Of a stretch of DNA of 64,000 nt, positions 1-7,868 are shown piece after piece. The position numbers were made by a program, and so were the translations under genes. The DNA lies in the IMG/VR virus record IMGVR_UViG_3300035698_018317, positions 1-64,000 of that record; one strand, given 5' to 3'. How positions within the stretch are numbered: position 1 is the first letter of the stretch; every line of letters starts with the position of its first letter. The notes under the pieces were generated by a model. The model made no database searches. It was given only the letters and a program-made list of their open reading frames with translations, and was not told the DNA's origin.

Positions 1-190
1 AACGAAATGCTTATCAGAGAATACAAAGGCGTCAAGTTCCCTTGCCCCGGTGTCTGCACAAATAAGTGGGATACCGAAGATTGGAAACAGTGGATTGAAA
101 ATCACAGAACCAATTAGTTATTAATTAACTTGTACATGATTGGTCAGTAAGTAAACGAACGAAACACTTTAGTAAAGGATTACCACCACC

Positions 191-664
191 ATGCCGAAGA
201 AACCCACCGAAACAACTGCACTCGAAGACATCCGAGCCAAAATCGAAGAAACCAAACAGGAAATGGCCGAAAGAGACCAAGTAATCGAGGCGGCGCAAGA
301 ACTGAACGAACTGAATAAGAAAGCCAATCAGCAAATCGACATGCTGAACCGACTCGCAATCTGCGCCGACGACACCGATGTTGACTGGTTGATGGTTTAC
401 AAAACGCAGTCCCACCGCTTCAACAAAGGCGGTACGCCGCTCGAAATTCTCCATCTGCTGATTGCGGGGAAAATCGAAACCAACGATAAAAACTGCCTGA
501 CCCCGGCAGATGTACGGGACCAGTTGATAGCACTGGGATACCACAAATACGCCGCTTTCAATAACAACCAAGGCTATGCGTTGGTCTACGGTGCCTTGCG
601 AAAAATCGGGGCAATGGCCGGAATGCAATGGATGAACGCCATCCGAGTCGGCATCTACATCTAA
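191..664 (+). CDS. Hypothetical protein (probable early gene)
   Basis: 157-aa ORF with AAAGGA SD upstream, followed by a 15-bp hairpin. Confidence 0.75.
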   Translation: MPKKPTETTALEDIRAKIEETKQEMAERDQVIEAAQELNELNKKANQQIDMLNRLAICADDTDVDWLMVYKTQSHRFNKGGTPLEILHLLIAGKIETNDKNCLTPADVRDQLIALGYHKYAAFNNNQGYALVYGALRKIGAMAGMQWMNAIRVGIYI

Positions 665-678
665 AACCCACTAACCAC

Positions 679-717
679 GATATCCCGTTAGGTGAAGCTC
701 ATACCTAACGGGATATC
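679..717 (+). terminator. 15-bp stem-loop after ORF 191-664
   Basis: GATATCCCGTTAGGT / ACCTAACGGGATATC, followed by TGTTT. Confidence 0.7.
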
Positions 718-935
718 TGTTTATATTCAACCCCCTGTACATGATAATCAATTGCTTATAATAAACTAATTCGTTAGCATGTACACAATGGAGCATGAAG
801 CAAAGTAACACAATACAACGAAACTGACGAAAAGAAAAGAAAAGTAATTAGTTAAGTTGTACATGATGAGATGTAAAGTAAAACAAACAATCGCCACACT
901 AACCAAAGACGCACAGAGAAGAGAAGGAAAAGCCC

Positions 936-1292
936 ATGATTACACCGGAATCAATCACGACCCTGACCGAAGCCGAAAAGCTCCAAGCAGATGCGCTCGA
1001 AGCACACTGCGACGGAATCATCGGACCCGCAAGCCAGTTGGACCCCGCCCAGAAAGATTACGTTGTCGATATGGGTGCTTACGCCAAGGCCGCCAAGAAA
1101 GCCGACAAGGACTTTGTCCTGTCCATCAAGGTCCGGGCGAACGTAGCCACACGCTACGAAGAGGCGAACTGGAAAGTCGCTTACGATGTCGCAACGTCCA
1201 AGCTGACTTTCACCATGCCCAAGGTGAAACGCACGTACAAGAAACGTGACCCCTCGCCCGCCGTAGTCGTACCGCCCGCCGAAGCTGCATAA
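936..1292 (+). CDS. Hypothetical protein ending -AEAA
   Basis: 118-aa ORF with AAGGAAA SD. Confidence 0.75.
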   Translation: MITPESITTLTEAEKLQADALEAHCDGIIGPASQLDPAQKDYVVDMGAYAKAAKKADKDFVLSIKVRANVATRYEEANWKVAYDVATSKLTFTMPKVKRTYKKRDPSPAVVVPPAEAA

Positions 1293-1338
1293 CTGCATAA
1301 CCGCATAACTCCGAAGCTGTAAAAATATTATCGGAACG

Positions 1339-1374
1339 GCCCCGCTGGAATTCCACCAGCGGGGCTTTGTTTTA
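1339..1374 (+). terminator. Intrinsic terminator
   Basis: GCCCCGCTGG / CCAGCGGGGC stem followed by TTTGTTTT. Confidence 0.75.
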
Positions 1375-1475
1375 TATTAAGTTATTAGTTAGCATGTACA
1401 TAAGAAGGTAGTTAAAAGGCAACGTGACGCAACACCCCCGACCGGATGGCCCTATATAACTGGGCACTGCGGGGG

Positions 1476-1519
1476 AAGCCCCGGCATCGTCCCCCGAAGG
1501 GATGCCGGGGCTTTGTTTT
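1476..1519 (+). terminator. Intrinsic terminator
   Basis: AAGCCCCGGCATC / GATGCCGGGGCTT stem followed by TGTTTT. Confidence 0.75.
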
Positions 1520-1577
1520 ATATTAAGTTATTAATTAGCATGTACATAAGTAAGTGTTCAGAATGAAAGGAACAACA

Positions 1578-2018
1578 ATGTCATTGAACGTGAATTTCGA
1601 CGAATGTAAACCAGCCTTTGAAAAATGCGACAAAGGCTACAAACCCGAAGGACCATTTGCCATGGTCAAACGTGACGAAAAGGGCAATATCACACATCGT
1701 CTTACCCATACATGTCGAGCCATCGTTGGAATGCTCATGGGCCTCGGCATGGGAAGAATCACAGGAAAGACGGTTAACGAGTTCACCGAAAGAAGCGAAC
1801 TCTGGCAGGATGTAATCGGACCATGTGGACCGGGATGGTGCGATGATGCAGAGGACGAAATCAAATACGTGCGAATAACCCCCGAAGATATCCGCAACCA
1901 TATCGGCTTGGCCTCCAACGTGTCCAAAGAGACAAATGCAGTCTTCTACAAGAAGCTGCGGGGCAACGTCAAGGACCGTCTGTGGAGACTGGCCCAGAAA
2001 GCCGCCCAAGCTGCATAA
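1578..2018 (+). CDS. Hypothetical protein ending -KAAQAA
   Basis: GAAAGGAACAACA-ATG at 1578 preferred over the ORF-track start at 1554. Confidence 0.75.
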   Translation: MSLNVNFDECKPAFEKCDKGYKPEGPFAMVKRDEKGNITHRLTHTCRAIVGMLMGLGMGRITGKTVNEFTERSELWQDVIGPCGPGWCDDAEDEIKYVRITPEDIRNHIGLASNVSKETNAVFYKKLRGNVKDRLWRLAQKAAQAA

Positions 2019-2064
2019 CGAAGGTCGATGAGGTGCGACCCGCCATGCAAACCAGCTCAACAAG

Positions 2065-2099
2065 AAGTCCCCGCCCCGGATGGGTGGGGACTTTCCTTT
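2065..2099 (+). terminator. Intrinsic terminator
   Basis: AAGTCCCCGCCC / GGGTGGGGACTT stem (one G-T pair) followed by TCCTTT. Confidence 0.7.
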
Positions 2100-2157
2100 A
2101 TATTAAGTTATTAGTTAGCATGTACATAAGTAAGTGTTCAGAACGAAAGGAAACGAC

Positions 2158-2343
2158 ATGGACGCAAATCAGGCAGCAGACAAACTGGCAAAAGCCGCTA
2201 GTAAAGACACCAAAGGCAAAGGCACCGACCATCTAGGCACCAGTATGAGAGACATGCTGAAGGCTGGTGTAAGCGACGAGGTGCTGCTGACAGGCATGAG
2301 TGTGGCATCAGGGTACTTATCCCCCGAGTCCGCCGTAGCCTAA
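2158..2343 (+). CDS. Small hypothetical protein
   Basis: GAAAGGAAACGAC-ATG; sits in a motif/hairpin cassette. Confidence 0.65.
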   Translation: MDANQAADKLAKAASKDTKGKGTDHLGTSMRDMLKAGVSDEVLLTGMSVASGYLSPESAVA

Positions 2344-2364
2344 CCCCCCGCCCCCTAACCCTTG

Positions 2365-2392
2365 GCCCCGCCCCCTCCGGGCGGGGTCTCTT
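2365..2392 (+). terminator. GC-rich hairpin/terminator
   Basis: GCCCCGCCC / GGGCGGGGT stem followed by CTCTT and the conserved motif. Confidence 0.55.
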
Positions 2393-2458
2393 ATATATTA
2401 AGGTATTAATTAGCATGTACAGGGATTACTTTACTAATTAGCATGTACAAGATAGTGC

Positions 2459-2659
2459 ATGAGCAAGTCGAAGACCCTCATCATTGCTGCTCTGCTGTTG
2501 GCCCTCCCTGCTGGTATCGTACTCGCAGGAACATGGCTGACAGTGCAACGGCACAAACGGAAAGGACTCACCGATGAACATCAAGCTCGAAGCAATGGAA
2601 CAGGCACGCAGACAGGAGCAGGAACGACTCACCACGAACTGCTCACCGTGTACTCCTGA
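2459..2659 (+). CDS. Small protein with N-terminal hydrophobic segment
   Basis: 66 aa, LIIAALLLALPAGIVLAG; directly downstream of two TGTACA motifs. Confidence 0.5.
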   Translation: MSKSKTLIIAALLLALPAGIVLAGTWLTVQRHKRKGLTDEHQARSNGTGTQTGAGTTHHELLTVYS

Positions 2660-2806
2660 CGAACACTGTGCCGAGTGCCCCGGTCAAGGGTAACACGACA
2701 ACATACCAGCATCCCCGACCCCGCAGCAATGCGGGGCGGGGTTGCTTAGTTACCTTGTACATGATGGGGTGTAAGATACACCACCATGAACGAAAGGAAA
2801 CACATC

Positions 2807-3100
2807 ATGGACGCATCGAGAGACGAGAGAGTGATAGCAATCAGAGCCGACAACCTCATCGGTACAGACTCATGCTCATTCATTGATGAATGCTTGAGTG
2901 ATGCTGACATCGTAGAGGAACTAGACAGGCGTAACATAGTGTCACCTGTCGATGCTATCAAGCACCTCATCGACGCACAGCATGGACAGTACGAGCGAGG
3001 GTTGGGTACACGAGCAGGCGACGATGATGACCCCATCCTCATTCAGTTCAACGACTGGGTAGTCAGACGTGACGCTCACCTACTCACACTACCCAGCTAA
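2807..3100 (+). CDS. Hypothetical protein
   Basis: GAAAGGAAACACATC-ATG at 2807; followed by a 14-bp hairpin. Confidence 0.65.
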   Translation: MDASRDERVIAIRADNLIGTDSCSFIDECLSDADIVEELDRRNIVSPVDAIKHLIDAQHGQYERGLGTRAGDDDDPILIQFNDWVVRRDAHLLTLPS

Positions 3101-3112
3101 CCCAGCCCAGCC

Positions 3113-3146
3113 CCCAGCCCTGCCCCGGTCAGGGGGCAGGGCTGGG
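3113..3146 (+). terminator. 14-bp GC hairpin closing the cassette region
   Basis: CCCAGCCCTGCCCC / GGGGCAGGGCTGGG; no clear U-tract. Confidence 0.5.
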
Positions 3147-3547
3147 TGACGTAGTGACGTACCATGGTATGTTGCTACCTATATATGTAAAGGTATTGAT
3201 ACGATGCACCCGAAAAAAAACCACGCCACACTAAAACATAATTTAAAATTAAAAAATTATTTTCAAAAAAGTATGGCACCCACCCCCCTACCCCCCCCTC
3301 CCCCACAATAACGCACCTCTGTCTTAGTTTTGGGCCGTGGGGAAATTCGCATACATGTTACATAATTGATAACATATCAACTTTTGGGGTTTTGTATAGG
3401 GGTTAAAAAATATACACCGAATAAGGTCCAAAAAATCGGCGGGGAGTTTTGCCATATCTACATAACTTTTTTGTCAGAAATTGTTGTTTTTCCGTATAGT
3501 GTTGATATAATCCACTAATCAACTGTTAACCCAAAAGGAATAAGATT

Positions 3548-4156
3548 ATGCTAATAGGTCTCGAAAAAGAGTTTTTTTTACTGAAAGATGGTAAGCCCCA
3601 ACCTTTGAATGCGATTTCACTTCCATGTGATGAGTGTGGTTGGCTGGTAGAAGCTAGAGGTGGACCTCATCTATCAATCATAGATGCTGTTTTTAGCCTT
3701 AAATCTGCCGTTTATAAGATAGAAAGGTCTATTGCAGCGATGAATGCCAAACTGCCTGCTGACGAACCCCCATATGTTTTGAGCGACAATCCTGTAATGA
3801 AAATTGACCGTGCTACTAAAGTGAAGTGTGCTCGTAACTTTGCTAAAGGTATCATTAGTTATCAAAACTTACATGGTCATCAAAGCCACCGTCATTCTCT
3901 TTCAGAAGGTACAGCGGGTGTTCATGTAAGCTTTACAGAGAGCCAAGCGGTTTACCACGATAAGAAAAAGTATGAATATCATCGCAATTTCGATTGGCCG
4001 CAGATTTTCATCAAGTTAGATAAAGCTTTTGCTGAAGAAATCAAAGAATCAAAACGGCGTCCCGGTTTCTATGAATTGAAAACAGACGGTAGGGTAGAAT
4101 ATCGTTCCCTTCCTGCTAATGTAGATTTGGATAAGCTGATTAACGTATTGATGTAA
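3548..4156 (+). CDS. Minimal COOH-NH2 ligase (glutamate-cysteine ligase-like / phiEco32-type)
   Basis: Motifs IGLEKEFFL, LVEAR, TAGVHVSF and GRVEYRSLP; AAAGGAA SD. Confidence 0.6.
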   Translation: MLIGLEKEFFLLKDGKPQPLNAISLPCDECGWLVEARGGPHLSIIDAVFSLKSAVYKIERSIAAMNAKLPADEPPYVLSDNPVMKIDRATKVKCARNFAKGIISYQNLHGHQSHRHSLSEGTAGVHVSFTESQAVYHDKKKYEYHRNFDWPQIFIKLDKAFAEEIKESKRRPGFYELKTDGRVEYRSLPANVDLDKLINVLM

Positions 4157-4223
4157 ATAAATAGTCCTGTTTCGTTCTAGCAGCGTGCTCCGTCTTTGGC
4201 GAGATGATTGGCCCGCTGCTTTT

Positions 4224-4463
4224 TTATAGTTCTGCCCGTGCTTGTCGTCTATCTTCTAAGTCATCCCAGAGTCCACATTGGGCTAATTCGTTATCTGACA
4301 TTTGAGCGGTTGCTCGTTCTATTTGGGCTTCTAGTCTAGCTACTTTATCTTGGTCATAGTCCATAGCGTTTTCGGCTCTGCTTAGAGTGTCCATCCAGCC
4401 CAGTACTCTTTCTATTCTTTGGGTGGCTTCTTTTAACTTGATATGTTCTAAGAATGATTTCAT
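4224..4463 (-). CDS. Small protein with capsid-targeting-like N-terminus
   Basis: Starts MKSFLEHIKLKEA; ATGA overlap with the upstream gene. Confidence 0.65.
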   Translation of the reverse strand: MKSFLEHIKLKEATQRIERVLGWMDTLSRAENAMDYDQDKVARLEAQIERATAQMSDNELAQCGLWDDLEDRRQARAEL

Positions 4464-4738
4464 TGTTTCCTGATGGATGGGAATTTAGGCATCGGCACAC
4501 CGGGAATCTGTCGTGTTGGTTCAGGTTCAGTATCAATGAGTTCATCGGCGAATTGTTCAACAGCTTGTCCGTATTGTTTATACAAGTTTTGTAATTGTTG
4601 TATTTTCCCTCTGTCATCCAGTTCGACATGTTCCCAGCTATCTTTTATACCTTGAAGTTGTCTTATTATTACATCGAGTAATTTATCTACGCCAAATTCA
4701 CGTTCTTCTTTAAGTTGCCATTCTTTATATGATTTCAT
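4460..4738 (-). CDS. Small protein with capsid-targeting-like N-terminus
   Basis: Starts MKSYKEWQLKEE. Confidence 0.7.
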   Translation of the reverse strand: MKSYKEWQLKEEREFGVDKLLDVIIRQLQGIKDSWEHVELDDRGKIQQLQNLYKQYGQAVEQFADELIDTEPEPTRQIPGVPMPKFPSIRKQ

Positions 4739-4743
4739 AATCG

Positions 4744-4959
4744 TTATTGTAAAACTCTCATCAGGTCGGTTAATTCTCCCACAGTTGCTAACTCTCCTTC
4801 TTCGCCATTAACATTTAAATGGTCTTGATATGCGAACGCTTTGTTAGCTTCATGTACATTAGAAATCATGTATAAAACTGCCATGCGTATCAGATATTTT
4901 TGTCGCTCACGAGTGTCTTCATTTAATTGTACGTTTTTATATTCTTTGAATGATTTCAT
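4744..4959 (-). CDS. Small protein with capsid-targeting-like N-terminus
   Basis: Starts MKSFKEYKNVQLNED; TATATA 5 nt upstream of the ATG. Confidence 0.7.
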   Translation of the reverse strand: MKSFKEYKNVQLNEDTRERQKYLIRMAVLYMISNVHEANKAFAYQDHLNVNGEEGELATVGELTDLMRVLQ

Positions 4960-4995
4960 AACTTTATATACTCATTCTAAAATTATTATTTTGGA

Positions 4996-5340
4996 TTAGC
5001 CATTTAATCTATAGACGAGTAGTGCATCTTCCATATTATAAGCTTCATATGAGTTCCATTTGATTGGATATTTATCAGGGTTATTTACGTAATTTATAAT
5101 TTGGAATTTTGAAACATATTTGTTTATTATGGCTTTAATGCCATCTTTAGAGATGGATGTTTTATGACATGCTCTTGTTTCAGGTGTAAAATCCCAACGT
5201 ATTTCAATATCTTTGTATTCGCTATAATCGGTCCATTTTGATGTTGACCGTTTGGAAAGTTTAAGTAATCTCTTAGAGAGGGGTGGGTTTAAGGTTATGG
5301 CTGGTTTTTCCCATCCTAATTTTAGTTTCCTTGTATTCAT
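4996..5340 (-). CDS. Hypothetical protein
   Basis: 114-aa ORF, no motif recognised. Confidence 0.55.
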   Translation of the reverse strand: MNTRKLKLGWEKPAITLNPPLSKRLLKLSKRSTSKWTDYSEYKDIEIRWDFTPETRACHKTSISKDGIKAIINKYVSKFQIINYVNNPDKYPIKWNSYEAYNMEDALLVYRLNG

Positions 5341-5406
5341 AACATATTATAAGGAATAATTAGGATTTTGCAAAGACTAATGGATTTATATTTAAAAGGG
5401 AGCACC

Positions 5407-5610
5407 ATGAAATTTGAAGAATTTGTTATTTCTAAAGAAGGCCAACTTAACGAAGGAGATACCTCACAGAGTTATTCCCTTGCAAACAGATTATATATTG
5501 CTTTAGAAGAGGAAGTAGCTCGTTGGGGACCAATGCAACGTTTTGGCCGTGAAATTAGGGCCAATGAAGAACTTTTACAAGCTCTTTCAGCTTGGCGTAA
5601 GATACACTAG
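5407..5610 (+). CDS. Small protein with capsid-targeting-like N-terminus
   Basis: AAAAGGGAGCACC-ATG; starts MKFEEFVISKEGQLNEG. Confidence 0.65.
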   Translation: MKFEEFVISKEGQLNEGDTSQSYSLANRLYIALEEEVARWGPMQRFGREIRANEELLQALSAWRKIH

Positions 5611-5612
5611 GT

Positions 5613-6092
5613 TTATTCACCATGCCATTCATTTATATGGCCACTATATGGAATACATTCTTTAAATTTTTGTATTAATACTGAATCTGGTAATGCTTCG
5701 TTAATACAATCGTTATAGTCTTCCATATTGAGGGATATTTTATAGACATGAGATGAATTACATCCATACCAATTATCTGACATTGACCGCATCGCAAGTT
5801 CTTTGTTATCTACGGATAAACAAATTGCTTCATACCAACTTGTTTTTTTGCCTGTAAATTCATCAAATTTATGGTTTAACTTTAGAGTCCAGAAATCCCA
5901 TCTTAAAGGTTTGCCTTGTTTTTTACAATATTGAGGCAAGTTGGTTGATTCAACGAATTTCAAGAAACACTTTTTTATAAATTGTTTAACTTTGTTTCTA
6001 TCTTTTCTTCTTTCTCTAGACTCTTCAGTGCCTCGTACTACTAACACGGCAAAGGCAATAACGGCTGTTGTGATTATTATTGGTATCAACAT
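5613..6092 (-). CDS. Hypothetical protein with N-terminal TM anchor
   Basis: 159 aa, hydrophobic N-terminus, GGAGA SD. Confidence 0.65.
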   Translation of the reverse strand: MLIPIIITTAVIAFAVLVVRGTEESRERRKDRNKVKQFIKKCFLKFVESTNLPQYCKKQGKPLRWDFWTLKLNHKFDEFTGKKTSWYEAICLSVDNKELAMRSMSDNWYGCNSSHVYKISLNMEDYNDCINEALPDSVLIQKFKECIPYSGHINEWHGE

Positions 6093-6184
6093 AGTTTTCT
6101 CCTATCACATTCATTATAGGTGTGATATGGGGTCTTGTAAATCAGGTTATTGACAACTGTATAGAATAATGATATACTGTATTT

Positions 6185-6373
6185 ATGAGTGAATGGAAAG
6201 CGTATCCTGTAGAGTCATTAGGCATTGTTAGAATGATAGCCCATCCTACTACTGGTAGTGATTCGGACCTTTTAGATGATGAGAAAGTCATAGTTGCTTT
6301 GTCTCATCAGCTTGCTGCTGTGACATCAGAATTAAATGAATGTAAAGAATATATTCTTAGTTTTGACACTTAA
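6185..6373 (+). CDS. Small hypothetical protein
   Basis: 62-aa ORF preceded by TTGACA and TAGAAT/GATACT promoter-like elements. Confidence 0.45.
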   Translation: MSEWKAYPVESLGIVRMIAHPTTGSDSDLLDDEKVIVALSHQLAAVTSELNECKEYILSFDT

Positions 6374-6641
6374 TCCAAGTTTTATTAACAACCCCTTCGA
6401 ACGTATCATCTGTGAACATATATGTTTTTGAGGATAATCCACCTTCATCAATTCTAATTGTGGCTTCCCATTGGCTATCATCTGAGCCTTTATCGAATTT
6501 GATATACCAAGCTACGTCATCAATTTCTTTTAATTGATTTTGTATTGTGCTTGGTTTAGAATTGTTTGAGGGGTCATTTGGTTTAGAGGGGCATCCTAAA
6601 ACAAACATAAGCATAGTCAATAACAGGATTGTAGATTTCAT
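6357..6641 (-). CDS. Putative lipoprotein
   Basis: Signal peptide with lipobox VLGC. Confidence 0.6.
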   Translation of the reverse strand: MKSTILLLTMLMFVLGCPSKPNDPSNNSKPSTIQNQLKEIDDVAWYIKFDKGSDDSQWEATIRIDEGGLSSKTYMFTDDTFEGVVNKTWIKCQN

Positions 6642-6652
6642 ACTGTTATATA

Positions 6653-7100
6653 GGTTATTAACTTGGTATAATACTGTGGGCGAGATATTTTTTGGAGATG
6701 GGACTCTTATATGTTATGGAATTGAAAGAAAGTATGCGAGAGTGGATGGATGTGGACATGGCTCAACATGAGTTAGCTAAGTGTTTAGGTGTTTTTGGTC
6801 TTCATACGGAAATGCGGCATTATAAAAGTGTTTATTGGTGTAACAATGATTGGGGTAATGAGTTATATGAAATTTTATTAAAATTGGCATCATTAGGTTT
6901 GCTTGAGCATCGTGAAGAGCCGGATATTCAATTTAGGTGGAACCCTAGATGTTCGCCACCTGATGATGACGGGTTGATAAGTTAATAACTTGGTATAATA
7001 CTGGGGGCGAGAAATTTTTTGATGGTGGGAGCCGCTGGAAAGTTATTAACTTGATATACTACTGGGAGCGAGATATTTTTTTGCGATGGGAGCCGCTGGG
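6653..7100 (+). repeat. Three copies of a ~50-nt motif GTTA(T/A)TAACTTG(G/A)TATA(A/C)TACTG.GG.GCGAGA.ATTTTTT
   Basis: Copies start at about 6654, 6981 and 7042; the last two share GGGAGCCGCTGG. Confidence 0.75.
6716..6985 (+). CDS. Hypothetical protein
   Basis: ORF lying between motif copies 1 and 2. Confidence 0.55.
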   Translation: MELKESMREWMDVDMAQHELAKCLGVFGLHTEMRHYKSVYWCNNDWGNELYEILLKLASLGLLEHREEPDIQFRWNPRCSPPDDDGLIS

Positions 7101-7110
7101 TGCCCGGACA

Positions 7111-7162
7111 CGTCTTGGGTAACAATATACAACGTTAGTGTTGTATATTGTTACCCAAGACG
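7111..7162. repeat. Perfect 23-bp inverted repeat with 6-nt loop
   Basis: CGTCTTGGGTAACAATATACAAC-gttagt-GTTGTATATTGTTACCCAAGACG. Confidence 0.9.
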
Positions 7163-7167
7163 AGATG

Positions 7168-7425
7168 TTAATTCGTTGTGGATAGCACAACTGCGGGGAC
7201 GCCGCCATCTGGGATGTCTTCTTCATCCCAACCGTTCTTCCTGTCTGATTCGGTTATAGGCCACGGGTATGTGTCGCCGCTCCAGCTATTCTCTGCTACA
7301 TACTTAACACCTTGGTAAGCATTATACAGAGGCGAGTAACTATTACCTTCACCATCTTTAGACATCACAACAATACTATCTTGGTCAAGCTTTTGTAGTT
7401 CGGCTATCAATTCAGAAACTTTCAT
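7168..7425 (-). CDS. Hypothetical phage protein
   Basis: 85 aa, MKVSELIAELQKL-type start; ATGA overlap with the upstream gene. Confidence 0.7.
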   Translation of the reverse strand: MKVSELIAELQKLDQDSIVVMSKDGEGNSYSPLYNAYQGVKYVAENSWSGDTYPWPITESDRKNGWDEEDIPDGGVPAVVLSTTN

Positions 7426-7805
7426 TTTTTAAGCCCTAACATTCTTAGTATCGTTGGAAGGGCTTCGTGACGTTTAACTATTCTGTTATACCTTCTTTTT
7501 ACTAATCTCGCTTTTTTGGATGTTCTAGTAGTCCATACAGGAGTTTTACTTAATCTTTTAATATTATAAACGGACGATATAGAGATGGCCAATTGCTCTT
7601 CTTTTTTGATATGAGCCTCAAGGATTTTCCCAAGGGATTTCCAAGAATAATAACTGATACGGAAGTTTTCACGTTCTAAGAAACGATTCATTATTACAAG
7701 ACCATCGGAGATTTCTAAGTCTTTTCCCCAAACCATATACTTCTTACGTGAGCCATACTCTTTCTTAAGTGTTATCAGATATTTGTCGCTCTCATTTATT
7801 TGCAT
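7422..7805 (-). CDS. Hypothetical protein
   Basis: 127-aa ORF with AAGGAAA SD. Confidence 0.65.
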   Translation of the reverse strand: MQINESDKYLITLKKEYGSRKKYMVWGKDLEISDGLVIMNRFLERENFRISYYSWKSLGKILEAHIKKEEQLAISISSVYNIKRLSKTPVWTTRTSKKARLVKRRYNRIVKRHEALPTILRMLGLKK

Positions 7806-7868
7806 GTTGTTTTCCTTGGTAAGCGTCTAGTATACCAAAAAATTATGATTTTGTAAAACATCTTTTTA

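Larger units (their letters stand above)
121..2765 (+). promoter_or_regulatory. Recurrent intergenic TGTACA motif (10 copies), candidate phage early promoter/operator
   Basis: TGTACA at 131, 736, 780, 858, 1395, 1541, 2121, 2416, 2444 and 2756, all intergenic. Two subclasses: TTAGCATGTACA and TGTACATGAT. Confidence 0.7.

Noticed and set aside
857-1249. 130-aa ORF overlapping 936-1292 in another frame
   Set aside because: It starts within the TGTACA motif with no SD; the 936 ORF has an SD and a typical composition.
1389-1400. GCATGTA shared between the early motif and the CRISPR repeat
   Set aside because: Only 7 nt with unrelated flanks; compatible with chance.
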